Assembly (NCBI GenBank): GCA_963706325.1
Contig: CAVPLT010000007.1
Coordinates: 256,001-320,000, forward strand
DNA from: an uncultured Nitrospiraceae bacterium
GTDB taxonomy: Bacteria > Nitrospirota > Nitrospiria > Nitrospirales > Nitrospiraceae
Direction of reading: 5' to 3'
Length of the DNA stretch: 64,000 nucleotides
Part shown: piece after piece, positions 29,740 to 39,969 of the stretch
Layout of the letters: each line of letters begins with the position of its first letter
How positions within the stretch are numbered: position 1 is the first letter of the stretch
The notes under the pieces: model-generated
What the model was told of the DNA's origin: nothing
Database searches by the model: none
What the model saw: the letters and a program-made list of their open reading frames with translations, nothing else
Made by a program: the position numbers and the translations under genes

Positions 29740-30891
29740 TTAGGCCTTAAAATGTTTGCTGAGGGTGAGGGCTTGCCGCTGGTATGACGAGCCGAGCGTG
29801 GTGCCGTACATCCGTGCCGGTACCGCTAACATCTGATCATACACTACTTTGAAGAAGGTTTGTCCGTCATGAATGAGGAACGGCACATCATGCGGACGGA
29901 CCTCCAATACGACCTGTGTGCCTCGCATTCGCCCATCCCCATAGCCGAAACCCGGGTCGAAGAATCCCGCATAGTGAGTGCGTAGCTCACCACAGGCGGC
30001 CTCGTAGGCGACCATTTCGGCGGCATAACCGGGCGGTACTCGAATGCGTTCTTTGGACGCCAAGATATAAAACTCTTCCGGCTCCAGCAGCAAACTGTCC
30101 TGCCGGTGCCGCTTCAGGGGCTCCCAGAAATCCAATGCGGCATAGTGCCCGATTTTCGACAGGTCGATCACATGACTATTTTTCTTCGCCCGAAAACCGA
30201 TCACCTGGTCCTCGCGTTCGCTGCCGGTCAGATCGATCCGCAAAAAAAGCCCTCGTTCGGTTCGGAACTCATTGGATCGGAGCGGTTTCGGAGTCGGTGA
30301 ATTGTGGAACAGCAGCGGCTCTGCGGCATGAATCTTCTGCAGGGCGGCATCCGATACGGTGGCGTCCTTGCGTATGAAGCGAATTTGGTTCAGCGAATCA
30401 CCAGTTCGCACTTTGATGGCAAAAGAGCGTGGCACGACCTCGAGGTAGAGCGGCCCTCGGTACCCGGCGCGAATTTCATCGAAGCCGGCGTTCAAATCGG
30501 TGACGACCCGGGTGAACACGTCCAGCCGTCCAGTCGTACTTTTGGGGTTGGCACGGGCGCGGACAGTCGTAGGCAACCGCAGATGTTCCAGGAGAGGCAC
30601 CAGATACACATGACCCTTTTCTAAAATAGCGCCCTGCGTGAGATCCATCTCGTACATCACGAGGTCGGACTGATAAAAGTCGAGGACATTGAGGCGATTG
30701 CTGATCGGGGACAACTCGGGGAGGAAGCTGCTGATCAGCCGGTAGGCTTTCTTGCCGAGCCGCAAATCAAGACTGGCCGGTTGAATTTGCCGATCTTCAA
30801 TCGGACGATCCGATGTAATGACACCCCGAGTGATGAGGTCGGCGATCTGCTGATAGGGCAAAATGCCCTTGGACGAACCGGCAGGTTTCAC
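29740..30891 (-). CDS. dcd: dCTP deaminase, long two-domain type
   Basis: IQPASLDLRL, ANPKSTTGRLDVFTR, HYAGFFDPGFG, VLEVR. Confidence 0.88.
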   Translation of the reverse strand: MKPAGSSKGILPYQQIADLITRGVITSDRPIEDRQIQPASLDLRLGKKAYRLISSFLPELSPISNRLNVLDFYQSDLVMYEMDLTQGAILEKGHVYLVPLLEHLRLPTTVRARANPKSTTGRLDVFTRVVTDLNAGFDEIRAGYRGPLYLEVVPRSFAIKVRTGDSLNQIRFIRKDATVSDAALQKIHAAEPLLFHNSPTPKPLRSNEFRTERGLFLRIDLTGSEREDQVIGFRAKKNSHVIDLSKIGHYAALDFWEPLKRHRQDSLLLEPEEFYILASKERIRVPPGYAAEMVAYEAACGELRTHYAGFFDPGFGYGDGRMRGTQVVLEVRPHDVPFLIHDGQTFFKVVYDQMLAVPARMYGTTLGSSYQRQALTLSKHFKA

Positions 30892-32021
30892 AGGGGTTCT
30901 CCCCCTCCCTCGCAGCCGTTACTGGTTGCGGCCCATGAGGGGTGAGCGCCGACCATAGGCAATTCGCGTCCCTGAGCTGATGCAGGCTGCGGGTAGTGGT
31001 ACGTTTTGTTTTCGTAATTTCTCAACACCGCGCCGTCTTCATCAAGATGGACGAGATATTCCGCGGGAAGCAGCGGGATTTTGCCGCCGCCGCCAGGGGC
31101 ATCGATCACAAAATGTGGTACTCCCATCCCGCTGGTGTGGCCTTGGAGTGACTTGATAATGTCCAGCCCTGTTTCCACCGAGGTCCGGAAATGGTTGGTC
31201 CCCTTGGTCAGGTCCGCTTGGTAGAGATAGTATGGCTTCACGCGCGCAAGCAACAGTTGATGCATCAGACGTTTCATGATCTCCGGGTCATCGTTGACAC
31301 CCTTGAGTAGCACGGTCTGTGCGCCGAGCGGCACCCCGGCGTCGGCTAACATCCCGCAGGCGCGTTTGACCGCCGGTGTCAATTCGTCCGGGTGGTTGAA
31401 ATGAAGGTTCATATAGAGCGGGTGATATTTTTTCACCAGCTCGCAGAGTTTCGGCGTAATGCGCTCGGGGAGGCTGCCCGGCACGCGCGTGCCGATGCGA
31501 ATCAATTCCAAGTGAGGGATGGTCCGCAGCGACTTGAGTACTCGTTCCAATAGGTTGTCGGGCAACAAAAGCGGATCTCCCCCCGAGAGGATGACGTCCC
31601 GCACTTCGTGATGCTCGCGCAGATAGGCGATCGCTCTGTCCAGCTCGCCTTTTTTGAGAAATCCTGGCTTGCCCACCAGTCGCTTGCGTGTACAAAACCG
31701 GCAATAAATCGGGCACTGATTTGTGACCATCAAGAGGACACGATCCGGGTACCGATGAACGAGATGGGGCACGGGACTCATCAGGTCCTCTTCGAGCGGA
31801 TCATCCTCCGCGTCCGCGTCCGCCATCTCTGCGCGATCGGGGACGACTTGTTTCCAGATCGCATCGCCCTTTTCTTTAATCGTGGCCAACACCGTTGGAG
31901 TGATCCGCATGGGATACTCCCCCACGATGTCTTCAACTTCTTTGGGATCGACACCAAGCCGATCGGCCAGGTCTTTCGGCTTGACTACGCTTTGAGCCAG
32001 GATGCGTCTCCATTCCTCCAC
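30888..32021 (-). CDS. KamA-family radical SAM/PLP aminomutase
   Basis: LVHRYPDRVL, CPIYCRFCTRKR, SGGDPL, HFNHPDE, VLLKGVND, PYYLYQ.D, DAPGGGGKIP. Confidence 0.93.
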   Translation of the reverse strand: MEEWRRILAQSVVKPKDLADRLGVDPKEVEDIVGEYPMRITPTVLATIKEKGDAIWKQVVPDRAEMADADAEDDPLEEDLMSPVPHLVHRYPDRVLLMVTNQCPIYCRFCTRKRLVGKPGFLKKGELDRAIAYLREHHEVRDVILSGGDPLLLPDNLLERVLKSLRTIPHLELIRIGTRVPGSLPERITPKLCELVKKYHPLYMNLHFNHPDELTPAVKRACGMLADAGVPLGAQTVLLKGVNDDPEIMKRLMHQLLLARVKPYYLYQADLTKGTNHFRTSVETGLDIIKSLQGHTSGMGVPHFVIDAPGGGGKIPLLPAEYLVHLDEDGAVLRNYENKTYHYPQPASAQGRELPMVGAHPSWAATSNGCEGGGEPL

Positions 32022-32300
32022 GTGTCTATCCTTTCGCTTGTACCCATCTGACAGGGTTATACATACCCTCGCCAGCTTTGTTCAGACGCTCAGCCTGCTG
32101 ATCAACGGCAGCGTCGCCTCTTCGCTCGCACGGAATGTTCCGTCGCCGTTCTGCCCGTCGTCTCCGCTTCACGTGGTGGTTGGTTCGAAACCCTCTTGCT
32201 TCCGACAGGGGGCTTGCTGAGCGTTGATGTGTGTGGCTTGCGTGGCGTGCCTTTCGTTCCGCGGTTTCCGGTGCGAGATGTTCGGCTCTGGACCAAGGTC

Positions 32301-32546
32301 TCACTGGTCGGCCTTGTCATAGCGCTGGTCGAGGTGGGCAAGAATCTCGTGGGTTTCCGTCAGGATGGTATCGCCATCTTTCAGGACCGGTACATAGTAC
32401 TGCCCCGACACTTCATAGACCTGGGCACGCATCGGGCGAAAGTCCGGTACCACGATGTCGTCATAGGGGATGTTCAGTTCGCTGAGACGATCCCGAACTA
32501 CCGCGCAGTCTGGACACCATTGGACATGATAGAGCGTCAGTGCCAT
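32301..32546 (-). CDS. Dithiol glutaredoxin-like protein
   Basis: WCPDC, VSGQ..VPVL.DG. Confidence 0.85.
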   Translation of the reverse strand: MALTLYHVQWCPDCAVVRDRLSELNIPYDDIVVPDFRPMRAQVYEVSGQYYVPVLKDGDTILTETHEILAHLDQRYDKADQ

Positions 32547-32610
32547 GAATACCTAAACGAAATTGGTTGAATGGTCATGCGTGCCGGTGCGGGTGATGTT
32601 CCTGCGGTCA

Positions 32611-34134
32611 TCAGAGCACCCTCGGAGGAACAGTCGGCTCCATCGCGCAGGGCGCCATGATGGCGTCGACCATGCCGTGAATAACTTTTTTGTCGGGAGG
32701 ACAGAGGGTGGCGAGGATTCCTCCGAGTTCTGCCTTGTCGCCGACGACAAAATAATAAGGAGACAAACGAGCACGTCCAGACATCGGCACCACCCTATCG
32801 GTTCGCTCGTCGAGATAGGCGGACTCGAAGAGACGCCCTTTGTGAAACTCCTGCAAAATATAGGGGGTGGTCGAAAAGGCTTGGAGCGCCTGCTCCAGCG
32901 CCGTAGCCCACTCGACCTGCGGCAGATCATGGCCGATCGACACCCCTCGGCTACCCCAAGCCAGTTCAGAGAATCCCGACGGCTTGAGCACGAGTTGGCG
33001 CTCTTTTTGGCTGGATTGTGCCAGACGGCGAAAATCGGATAGGGCCCGGCCGCCCACCGTCAGCCCCGGGATGATAGCTGTAGGGGGCACGGGTCGTGGG
33101 TCAAGAATCCAGGTCCGTGGCAACAGCCGTTCCAAATGTTCACGGGTCGCGATGGTCAGAGTCTGCTGCCAGAAGGGCGTAAGTTCCGGATGATGAAACA
33201 AGGCGAAGGCCAGCTTCTCTTCAAGTGCGGGCTTATAGGGCGGCGTAACGGTGACATGGCCTTTTTTGGCCGCATACATCATCAGCTCGGCCTTTGGAAT
33301 GTTTTTCAAATCGAACAGTTCAAAGAATCGATAGAGCAAGCCGATGCGCCGCGGTCCGTCTGGTTCGTGAAGATAGAGGCCTTCTTCTGAAAAATGGATC
33401 GCTCGCGGTTCGACGCAAAAGGCCTGATAGCCGATCTCTCGCAACCGTTGAGCCATCCATTCCATTTCCGACCGGTATTCCTTAGCCTCGTCCGAGACGA
33501 CGATCGCGAGGCAGCCTGCTTGGTCGCCCTGCTGAGCCCGCACCATGGAGGCGAACCCCTGCAGCATGCCGTCACGGCCGGCAATCAGGGGAGAGCGCTC
33601 GGGTTGGGTGTGAGGTAGGGGATTGTCTCTGGCGATCTGGTTGTCATAGGCTCGGGTCAAGCACCCCGTCAGGCCGATTCCGCCCGGAACCGAATCAAGC
33701 TCCGTGATGACCATGCCGTCGGCGGTAGGAATGACATCCGGTCGAATGATGCCGGGAATGAGATTTCGGAAGCGATTCATTCGGCTATACGTGACGAGCG
33801 ACTCCGGCTTGCCTTGGTCGAGATAGGCGGAGACCCATGCGGGTTGAACTCCGCGTATGCTCTCTTGATAGAGGCGGTTCAAGGCTCGATAGAAAGCCAG
33901 GAGATCTTGTCCCAACTGTTGAAAGAACGCCACATCGGAAGGGGCAAGCCACAGGGGTGTTGGAGCCACACGAAAGCGAGGCGGTAGAACCGAGGAACTG
34001 CTCGGCCCAGTTGCACTTCCAGTCTCGGTGTAGCCGTAGACCCCGGCAAGAACTAGGTCATCACGGATTGCGAGACAACGTCGGCGGGCTTCGTCTGAGT
34101 TCAACGGTTCATGTAGATGTTGTGCCAGTGCCAA
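32611..34134 (-). CDS. Uncharacterised ATP-grasp-like ligase (circularly permuted/GspS-like)
   Basis: IRPD, TELDSVPGG.G, LYRFFELFD, EEK, VLKPSG..WGSRGV.IG, ILQEF. Confidence 0.7.
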   Translation of the reverse strand: MALAQHLHEPLNSDEARRRCLAIRDDLVLAGVYGYTETGSATGPSSSSVLPPRFRVAPTPLWLAPSDVAFFQQLGQDLLAFYRALNRLYQESIRGVQPAWVSAYLDQGKPESLVTYSRMNRFRNLIPGIIRPDVIPTADGMVITELDSVPGGIGLTGCLTRAYDNQIARDNPLPHTQPERSPLIAGRDGMLQGFASMVRAQQGDQAGCLAIVVSDEAKEYRSEMEWMAQRLREIGYQAFCVEPRAIHFSEEGLYLHEPDGPRRIGLLYRFFELFDLKNIPKAELMMYAAKKGHVTVTPPYKPALEEKLAFALFHHPELTPFWQQTLTIATREHLERLLPRTWILDPRPVPPTAIIPGLTVGGRALSDFRRLAQSSQKERQLVLKPSGFSELAWGSRGVSIGHDLPQVEWATALEQALQAFSTTPYILQEFHKGRLFESAYLDERTDRVVPMSGRARLSPYYFVVGDKAELGGILATLCPPDKKVIHGMVDAIMAPCAMEPTVPPRVL

Positions 34135-34407
34135 TGCAATATCCTCGATGCTCGCAACGCAATCGCCTGCATCGCACGCGCGGATTGGATTCGAGGTGGA
34201 ACAAATCGTACCATGGGCTCTTGCGCTGGTACAAGTCAGCGCGCCGGCAGAGCTGGGTCAGGCTGCTCACGATCGACAGTAGCTCGGACGACCGAAGGAA
34301 CCGCTTCGAACAGTAGGAGCTAATACGGGTTAGTGCTACAATGCGGCCACGTCTCATGACGAGACGAGCATAGTCGCTCCGGTCTCCCTGACGAGTTGCT
34401 CGCGCCC

Positions 34408-35862
34408 ATGACTGGCTCTCCTTTACAAATCGTTCCCAGTGCGACCTGTCTGCACTGCGAGGTTTGTTGTCGGTTCCCTGAGCGGGACAGTTTTTTGCGG
34501 CCGTTCTTCACGGCGGAGGAAATTGAGTCTGCGATTAAAGCGGGTATTTCATCTGTCCACTTTCCGAATCCCGCCGGGACACAAGTGGATCTTGTGCCCA
34601 ATCCGGTGGATGAAGGTTACATCTGCCCCGCGTTCGACCCCGCCACCTCCCATTGTCGAATCTATAACGTGCGTCCCTTGGACTGTCGACTGTATCCGTT
34701 TGCATTGATGTGGGATGACATGCACAAGCAGGTCTTGCTCGGGTGGGATACGAAGTGCCCCTACATGCGCGACCTGTCCTCGTCGATCATCAATCAAGCG
34801 GCGTATGAGGTGGCGCAGTGGATAGAGCAGGACACAACGGTTGCGACCCTCGCCCGCTATCCACGGCTGATTGGAAAATTTCAGGACGATGTAATCGTGG
34901 TACGTCCTCTCAAACGAGTGACGGAGCAGGTGCGGCAGGGCGGCGTCGCGGTAGCTCTGCAGCCCCTGACCATCCAGGACCGAAGCCGTTTTGAAACGGC
35001 ACTGGCGCTCAGTGTCGACTATCATGCCATGCCCTTGGCTGCGGCATCATTTGCCTACCATTACATCTGGCGGCAGGTCTTGAATTATTCATGGGCCGTC
35101 TTGGGCGACGGCCTCTGTCTGTTTGCCGAAAGTTCTGATGGCGTCTTCATGGCCTTGCCTCCTCTCGGCATCGGCCCGCTTGCGCCGCGGCTCGATGCCG
35201 CCTTTCGATACATGCGCGAACGGAATGGTGACTCGTCAGTGACGCGAGTAGAAAATGTGTCGGAGGCCTGCGCTAACGAGGTCCGGATGTTGGGGTATAG
35301 GGTGATCGCCAAAGATCCCGACTACCTCTATGCCGCAGATGATATGGCTGATCTTACGGGTGAACCTTACAAATCTCACCGCGCAGCCTGCAATCGATTC
35401 GTGCGAGAGCGGGGTGGAGTATTGGAACCCTACGACCCACGCGATCGAACCGACTGCCTGAGTCTGTTTCACGAATGGAGTGTGCAGAAAGAGGCAGCGG
35501 GTCTCGATGCCTGGGGGGGTGCGCTATTGCAAGATGCGGCCGGCGCGCACGAGACGGCTCTGAGCTCGGCATTGGAGCTGGGCCTCACGGGTGCCGTGGT
35601 TCGAGTCGATGGCCGCATTCGGGCCTATACGATAGGGCTGTGGTTGAACCCGATCGTGTTTTGCATCTTGCTGGAAGTGGCCGACCGAAATATTTTAGGC
35701 CTCGCGCCGTTTATTTTTCGCGAATTCTGTCGCCAAGCCCGGGCTAACGGGGCATGTTGGATCAATACGATGGATGATTCAGGGTTGCCCGGCCTCGCGC
35801 GATCAAAACACTGGTATCATCCTGCGCGGTTATTGCCGAATTATATCGTGATGGAGTCCTGA
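34408..35862 (+). CDS. Fusion of YkgJ-type CxxCxxCC domain and DUF2156 (MprF C-terminal-like GNAT) domain
   Basis: CLHCEVCC, CPAF, CRIYNVRPLDCRLYPF; DYLY..DMADL.G..Y, IN..DD.G.PGLA.SK..YHP. Confidence 0.8.
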   Translation: MTGSPLQIVPSATCLHCEVCCRFPERDSFLRPFFTAEEIESAIKAGISSVHFPNPAGTQVDLVPNPVDEGYICPAFDPATSHCRIYNVRPLDCRLYPFALMWDDMHKQVLLGWDTKCPYMRDLSSSIINQAAYEVAQWIEQDTTVATLARYPRLIGKFQDDVIVVRPLKRVTEQVRQGGVAVALQPLTIQDRSRFETALALSVDYHAMPLAAASFAYHYIWRQVLNYSWAVLGDGLCLFAESSDGVFMALPPLGIGPLAPRLDAAFRYMRERNGDSSVTRVENVSEACANEVRMLGYRVIAKDPDYLYAADDMADLTGEPYKSHRAACNRFVRERGGVLEPYDPRDRTDCLSLFHEWSVQKEAAGLDAWGGALLQDAAGAHETALSSALELGLTGAVVRVDGRIRAYTIGLWLNPIVFCILLEVADRNILGLAPFIFREFCRQARANGACWINTMDDSGLPGLARSKHWYHPARLLPNYIVMES

Positions 35863-35864
35863 CT

Positions 35865-38800
35865 ATGTCCGTTTCGTCCGCTGCTTCATCCCGACGTTCC
35901 TACCCCTGGTTGCCCGTGCTGATCGTCGGCATGACGATCGTGGCCTTTGTCCTCGGTGTCGTGATGCTGCGGTCGATCGAAGTGCGAATGGTCGAAGCGA
36001 CGGGAGAAAACCTCACGCTCGCAGCGGCAGAAATCGCGGACAAGCTTGATCGATTGATGTTCGAGCGGCATGGCGACGTGCGCATGATTGCGCGCGCATT
36101 TTCGGGGCGCCCCACCGACAGGAAGTATCTGAATGAGTATTTACAATCGATGAAGGACAACTATGCGCCGGTCTATCGTTGGCTGGGTGTGGCGGATGCC
36201 CAGGGCCAGATGATCGCAGCCACGGATCCGAGCATCATCGGCCAGGACTCTGCCAGAAGTGGGTGGTTTGGAGGGGTGAGGCAGACGGGAACCGTGAGGG
36301 TCGATGAGGTCGAAGCCCATGAATCCAACCGCAAGATCGAGTCGGTCGCCTTTACGGCTCCCATCGCGGGTCCGAAAGGCGAGTTTCTCGGTGCCGTCAC
36401 GACTCGCGTGGGTTTGCCCATGCTCGAAGACGTGCTTCTGGAAACGGTGCGCGAGATTCAGCGTACGGAGGGAGCCGTCGGGTCTTTCGAGTATCAGTTT
36501 TTGACCAAGGAGGGCGTGATTTTTGTCGATTCGTCCGCTCCGAATACGGGTCAGATCAATTTGAAGCAGGCCGGCCTGCCGTCGGCGGTGCGCAGCGAGT
36601 CGGGCAAGGCCGGGTATATCGAGGAAGAGCACGCGCGACGCCACGTCCCTGTCGTGACAGGGTATGCTCAAACTCACGGGTACGGCGAATATTCCGGCTT
36701 GCAGTGGACCATTCTCTTGCGGATGGATCGTGACGTGATCTTGCTGCCGATCCGGGCGATGATGTGGAAGTTAGGGATTGCCGGCGTGGTTGTCTGGCTT
36801 CCCATGATGGGATTGCTGCTGTGGGCGACGGGACGATTACGCGATCAGCATCGACAGGCTCAGCAAGAGAGCGAGTGGGCACGGGCGGCAGAGGCCGCCC
36901 TGCTGCAGAGCCAGGAGCGCAACCGCGTCATCGTCGATACGGCATTGGACGCCGTGATTTCTATGGATGCCGCCGGGATCATCACGGATTGGAATGCGCA
37001 GGCGGTTAATATTTTCGGATGGCAGCGGGAAGAAGCGCTTGGTCGACGCGTCTCGGAGACGGTGATTCCACCTCGCGCTCGTGAGGCACATGAGCGTGGG
37101 CTGCAGCATTTCTTGGACACCGGCGAAGGGGCCATTCTCAACCGGCGGATCGAGATGCTGGGCGGTCATCGAGACGGCCACGAATTTCCCGTCGAAATCA
37201 CCATTTCTCCGGCCAGACTCGGCGACGCCTATATTTTCAGCGCCTTCATTCGGGATATCACCGCACGGAAACGTACGGAGCGGCAGTTATCCTCGCAGTA
37301 TGCCGTGACGCGCGTATTAGCGGAGTCGCGCACGTTGGAAGAAGCCGGGCCGAAGATCCTTCAGGCCATCTGTGAAAGTTTAGAATGGGAGTTGGGAGTG
37401 TTTTGGCGGCTTGACCGGCAGGGCAGCGTCCTGCGTTGCCTGGATGTGTGGCAATCACCGGGCCTCAATGCCGAAGAGTTTGTCCTCTCCACTTGGCAGC
37501 ATATGTTTTCGATCGGCAAGGGCCTCCCCGGACGGATTTGGCAAGCCGGCCAACCGACCTGGATTATCGACGTGGTGCAGGAGGCAAACTTTCCGCGTGG
37601 CGGCGCCGCTGCGAAGGTGGGATTGCACGGGGCGTTCGGGTTCCCCATTCGAGTCGGCACCGAAGTCGAAGGCGTGATTGAATTGTTCCGGCGTGAGATC
37701 AAAGAACCGGATGAGCAGTTGCTCAAAATGGTTGCCGATGTCGGACTCAAGATTGGACAATTCGGCGAGCGCGCGCGCGCGGAGGATGCCCTTCGGCGAA
37801 CTGAAGCGCAGCTGCAGCAGTCGCAGAAGATGGAAGCCGTCGGACGATTGGCCGGTGGGGTGGCCCACGATTTCAATAACATGTTGACCGTCATTCGTGG
37901 CTACAGCGAACTCGTATTGAGCCGTTTGAGTCCGACCGATGGCTTTCGGAAGGAACTGGAAGAGGTCAAGAAGGCGGCGGATCGCGCGTCCGGCCTCACG
38001 GGGCAATTGCTGGCCTTTAGCCGCCGGCAGTTCATCGCGCCTAAGGTGCTGGATCTGAATGCCGTCATCCAGAATATGGTGGGTATGCTTCGGCGTCTGC
38101 TCGGGGAAGATATTATCGAGCTGTGTACGGTCTTGGACCCGAATTTGGGACAGTTGAAGGCTGATCCTGGCCAGATCGAGCAAGTGATTATGAATCTGGC
38201 TGTGAACTCCCGTGATGCCATGCCGAGCGGCGGTCGGCTGACAGTGGAGACCAGCAACGTGCAATTTGGGCAACGGCGAAACCGCGCGCCGATGGGGGCC
38301 GAACCTGGGGCATACATTGCGCTGATTGTGCGTGATACAGGTCACGGCATGGATGAAGACACGCAGTCGCACGTCTTTGAGCCGTTTTTTACCACCAAGG
38401 AAAAAGGCAAGGGCACGGGGCTTGGGCTTTCAACGGTCTATGGGATCGTCAAGCAAAGCGGCGGATGTATTGAAGTCGAGAGTAAACCAGGACGCGGCGC
38501 CACGTTCAAAATTTTCTTCCCACGAGTGGAGGGACTGAGCCAAAGCGCTGAAGCCCCCACCGTCGGCGCCGAGTCGGTCAAAGGCCGTGAGACCGTCTTG
38601 TTGGTGGAAGATGAGCCGGGCGTTCGCCGACTGGTGCATGAAACGCTCAGATTGCATGGGTATACGGTGCTGGAAGCGCGGCATGGAATTGAAGCGTTGC
38701 TCACCGGCGCTAAACACGCCGGCCCTATCCACTTGCTGCTCACCGATGTCGTGATGCCGCAGATGAGCGGCCCTGAAGTGGCCGAAAAGTTGGCCACGGT

Positions 38801-38963
38801 CCGGCCGGACGTGAAGGTGCTGTATATGTCCGGCTATCCGGATCATCCCGCCTTTTCCAAAGGCGGGATCGACACGGAGCACTCGTTCCTGCAGAAGCCT
38901 TTCACGCCCAGTACCCTCGCTCAAAAAGTTCGAGAAGTGCTCGATGGGTCGACCGTGGCGTAA
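35865..38963 (+). CDS. Hybrid histidine kinase (Cache, PAS, GAF, HisKA, HATPase, REC)
   Basis: Two TMs, WNAQAVNIFGW, GLPGRIW, GGVAHDFNN, FTTKEKGKGTGLGL, LLVEDE, TDVVMP. Confidence 0.93.
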   Translation: MSVSSAASSRRSYPWLPVLIVGMTIVAFVLGVVMLRSIEVRMVEATGENLTLAAAEIADKLDRLMFERHGDVRMIARAFSGRPTDRKYLNEYLQSMKDNYAPVYRWLGVADAQGQMIAATDPSIIGQDSARSGWFGGVRQTGTVRVDEVEAHESNRKIESVAFTAPIAGPKGEFLGAVTTRVGLPMLEDVLLETVREIQRTEGAVGSFEYQFLTKEGVIFVDSSAPNTGQINLKQAGLPSAVRSESGKAGYIEEEHARRHVPVVTGYAQTHGYGEYSGLQWTILLRMDRDVILLPIRAMMWKLGIAGVVVWLPMMGLLLWATGRLRDQHRQAQQESEWARAAEAALLQSQERNRVIVDTALDAVISMDAAGIITDWNAQAVNIFGWQREEALGRRVSETVIPPRAREAHERGLQHFLDTGEGAILNRRIEMLGGHRDGHEFPVEITISPARLGDAYIFSAFIRDITARKRTERQLSSQYAVTRVLAESRTLEEAGPKILQAICESLEWELGVFWRLDRQGSVLRCLDVWQSPGLNAEEFVLSTWQHMFSIGKGLPGRIWQAGQPTWIIDVVQEANFPRGGAAAKVGLHGAFGFPIRVGTEVEGVIELFRREIKEPDEQLLKMVADVGLKIGQFGERARAEDALRRTEAQLQQSQKMEAVGRLAGGVAHDFNNMLTVIRGYSELVLSRLSPTDGFRKELEEVKKAADRASGLTGQLLAFSRRQFIAPKVLDLNAVIQNMVGMLRRLLGEDIIELCTVLDPNLGQLKADPGQIEQVIMNLAVNSRDAMPSGGRLTVETSNVQFGQRRNRAPMGAEPGAYIALIVRDTGHGMDEDTQSHVFEPFFTTKEKGKGTGLGLSTVYGIVKQSGGCIEVESKPGRGATFKIFFPRVEGLSQSAEAPTVGAESVKGRETVLLVEDEPGVRRLVHETLRLHGYTVLEARHGIEALLTGAKHAGPIHLLLTDVVMPQMSGPEVAEKLATVRPDVKVLYMSGYPDHPAFSKGGIDTEHSFLQKPFTPSTLAQKVREVLDGSTVA

Positions 38964-39083
38964 TGGATGAGTCGGCGGACAGTCGGGGCACTCCCGCCGC
39001 CGGAGAGCGGCTTGAACTTCCCGCTTATTTCCGTTTATCGTGGCGACCGTGCAGGACATGGCATGCAACGCAGGAGTATTGGC

Positions 39084-39923
39084 ATGAACGAGGCGCAAGG
39101 GGCGTCGGCTTTGAAAGGGCAGGAACTCGACATCGATCGCTATCGCATCGCGCGTGAGCCATTTTACGCCGAGGTCCGCGGCGAGGTGGGACTGTTCACG
39201 ATAGCGGCGCAAAGCCGTATGCCGGTGATGCTTAAAGGGCCGACGGGCTGCGGCAAAACGCGGTTCGTGCAGCACATGGCCCATCGCTTGGGCCGTCCGC
39301 TCATCACGGTCGCGTGCCATGAGGATCTCACGGCATCGGATCTCGTGGGGCGTTATTTGCTGAAGGGACAAGAGACACTGTGGATGGACGGGCCCCTCAC
39401 GCTTGGGGTCAAACATGGAGCCATCGTCTATTTGGACGAGATCGTGGAAGCGCGAAAGGACACCACGGTTATCATTCACCCGCTGAGCGATGACCGGCGG
39501 CTTTTGCCGATTGAAAAAAAAGGCCAGGTGATTGAAGCCGTCGACGATTTCATGCTGGTCATTTCATACAACCCTGGCTACCAAAGCATTCTCAAGGATC
39601 TCAAGCAGAGCACGAAGCAACGGTTTATGGCGATCGAGTTCGACTATCCGGTCCCGGCTATCGAGAGCCGGGTGGTGGCCCATGAAGCCGGGGTGAGCGC
39701 GGAGCTCGCGCAGCGGCTTGTGAAGGTTGCGGAGAAAGTCAGGAACCTTAAGAACCACGGCCTGGAAGAAGGCGTGAGCACCAGATTGTTGATCTATGCG
39801 GCCACATTGATCAAACAGGGGGTGCCCGCCGATCGAGCTTGTGAAGTCGCCATCGCCCGTCCCATTACTGACGACCCGGATATGCTGCGCAGTATCATCG
39901 AAGTAGTCAAAGCGATCTTCTAG
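39084..39923 (+). CDS. CbbQ/NirQ/NorQ-family MoxR AAA+ ATPase
   Basis: [55 protein letters not shown]. Confidence 0.95.
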   Translation: MNEAQGASALKGQELDIDRYRIAREPFYAEVRGEVGLFTIAAQSRMPVMLKGPTGCGKTRFVQHMAHRLGRPLITVACHEDLTASDLVGRYLLKGQETLWMDGPLTLGVKHGAIVYLDEIVEARKDTTVIIHPLSDDRRLLPIEKKGQVIEAVDDFMLVISYNPGYQSILKDLKQSTKQRFMAIEFDYPVPAIESRVVAHEAGVSAELAQRLVKVAEKVRNLKNHGLEEGVSTRLLIYAATLIKQGVPADRACEVAIARPITDDPDMLRSIIEVVKAIF

Positions 39924-39969
39924 CACCCCTCCGGTTCATGACAGGCTCCAAATCTATGCTGAGCGCCAG

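Noticed and set aside
30888..32021. Calling the aminomutase EpmB or AblA
   Set aside because: No efp/epmA or ablB adjacent; DAPGGGGK fits the general KamA type and the substrate cannot be read from sequence
32026..32304. 92-aa basic ORF between Grx and kamA
   Set aside because: Low-complexity composition and overlap with a probable eroded repeat; not supported despite the GTGA overlap
37455..39479. Long minus-strand ORFs of 305 and 349 aa
   Set aside because: Antisense shadows of the hybrid kinase and the NorQ-type gene, with no recognisable motifs
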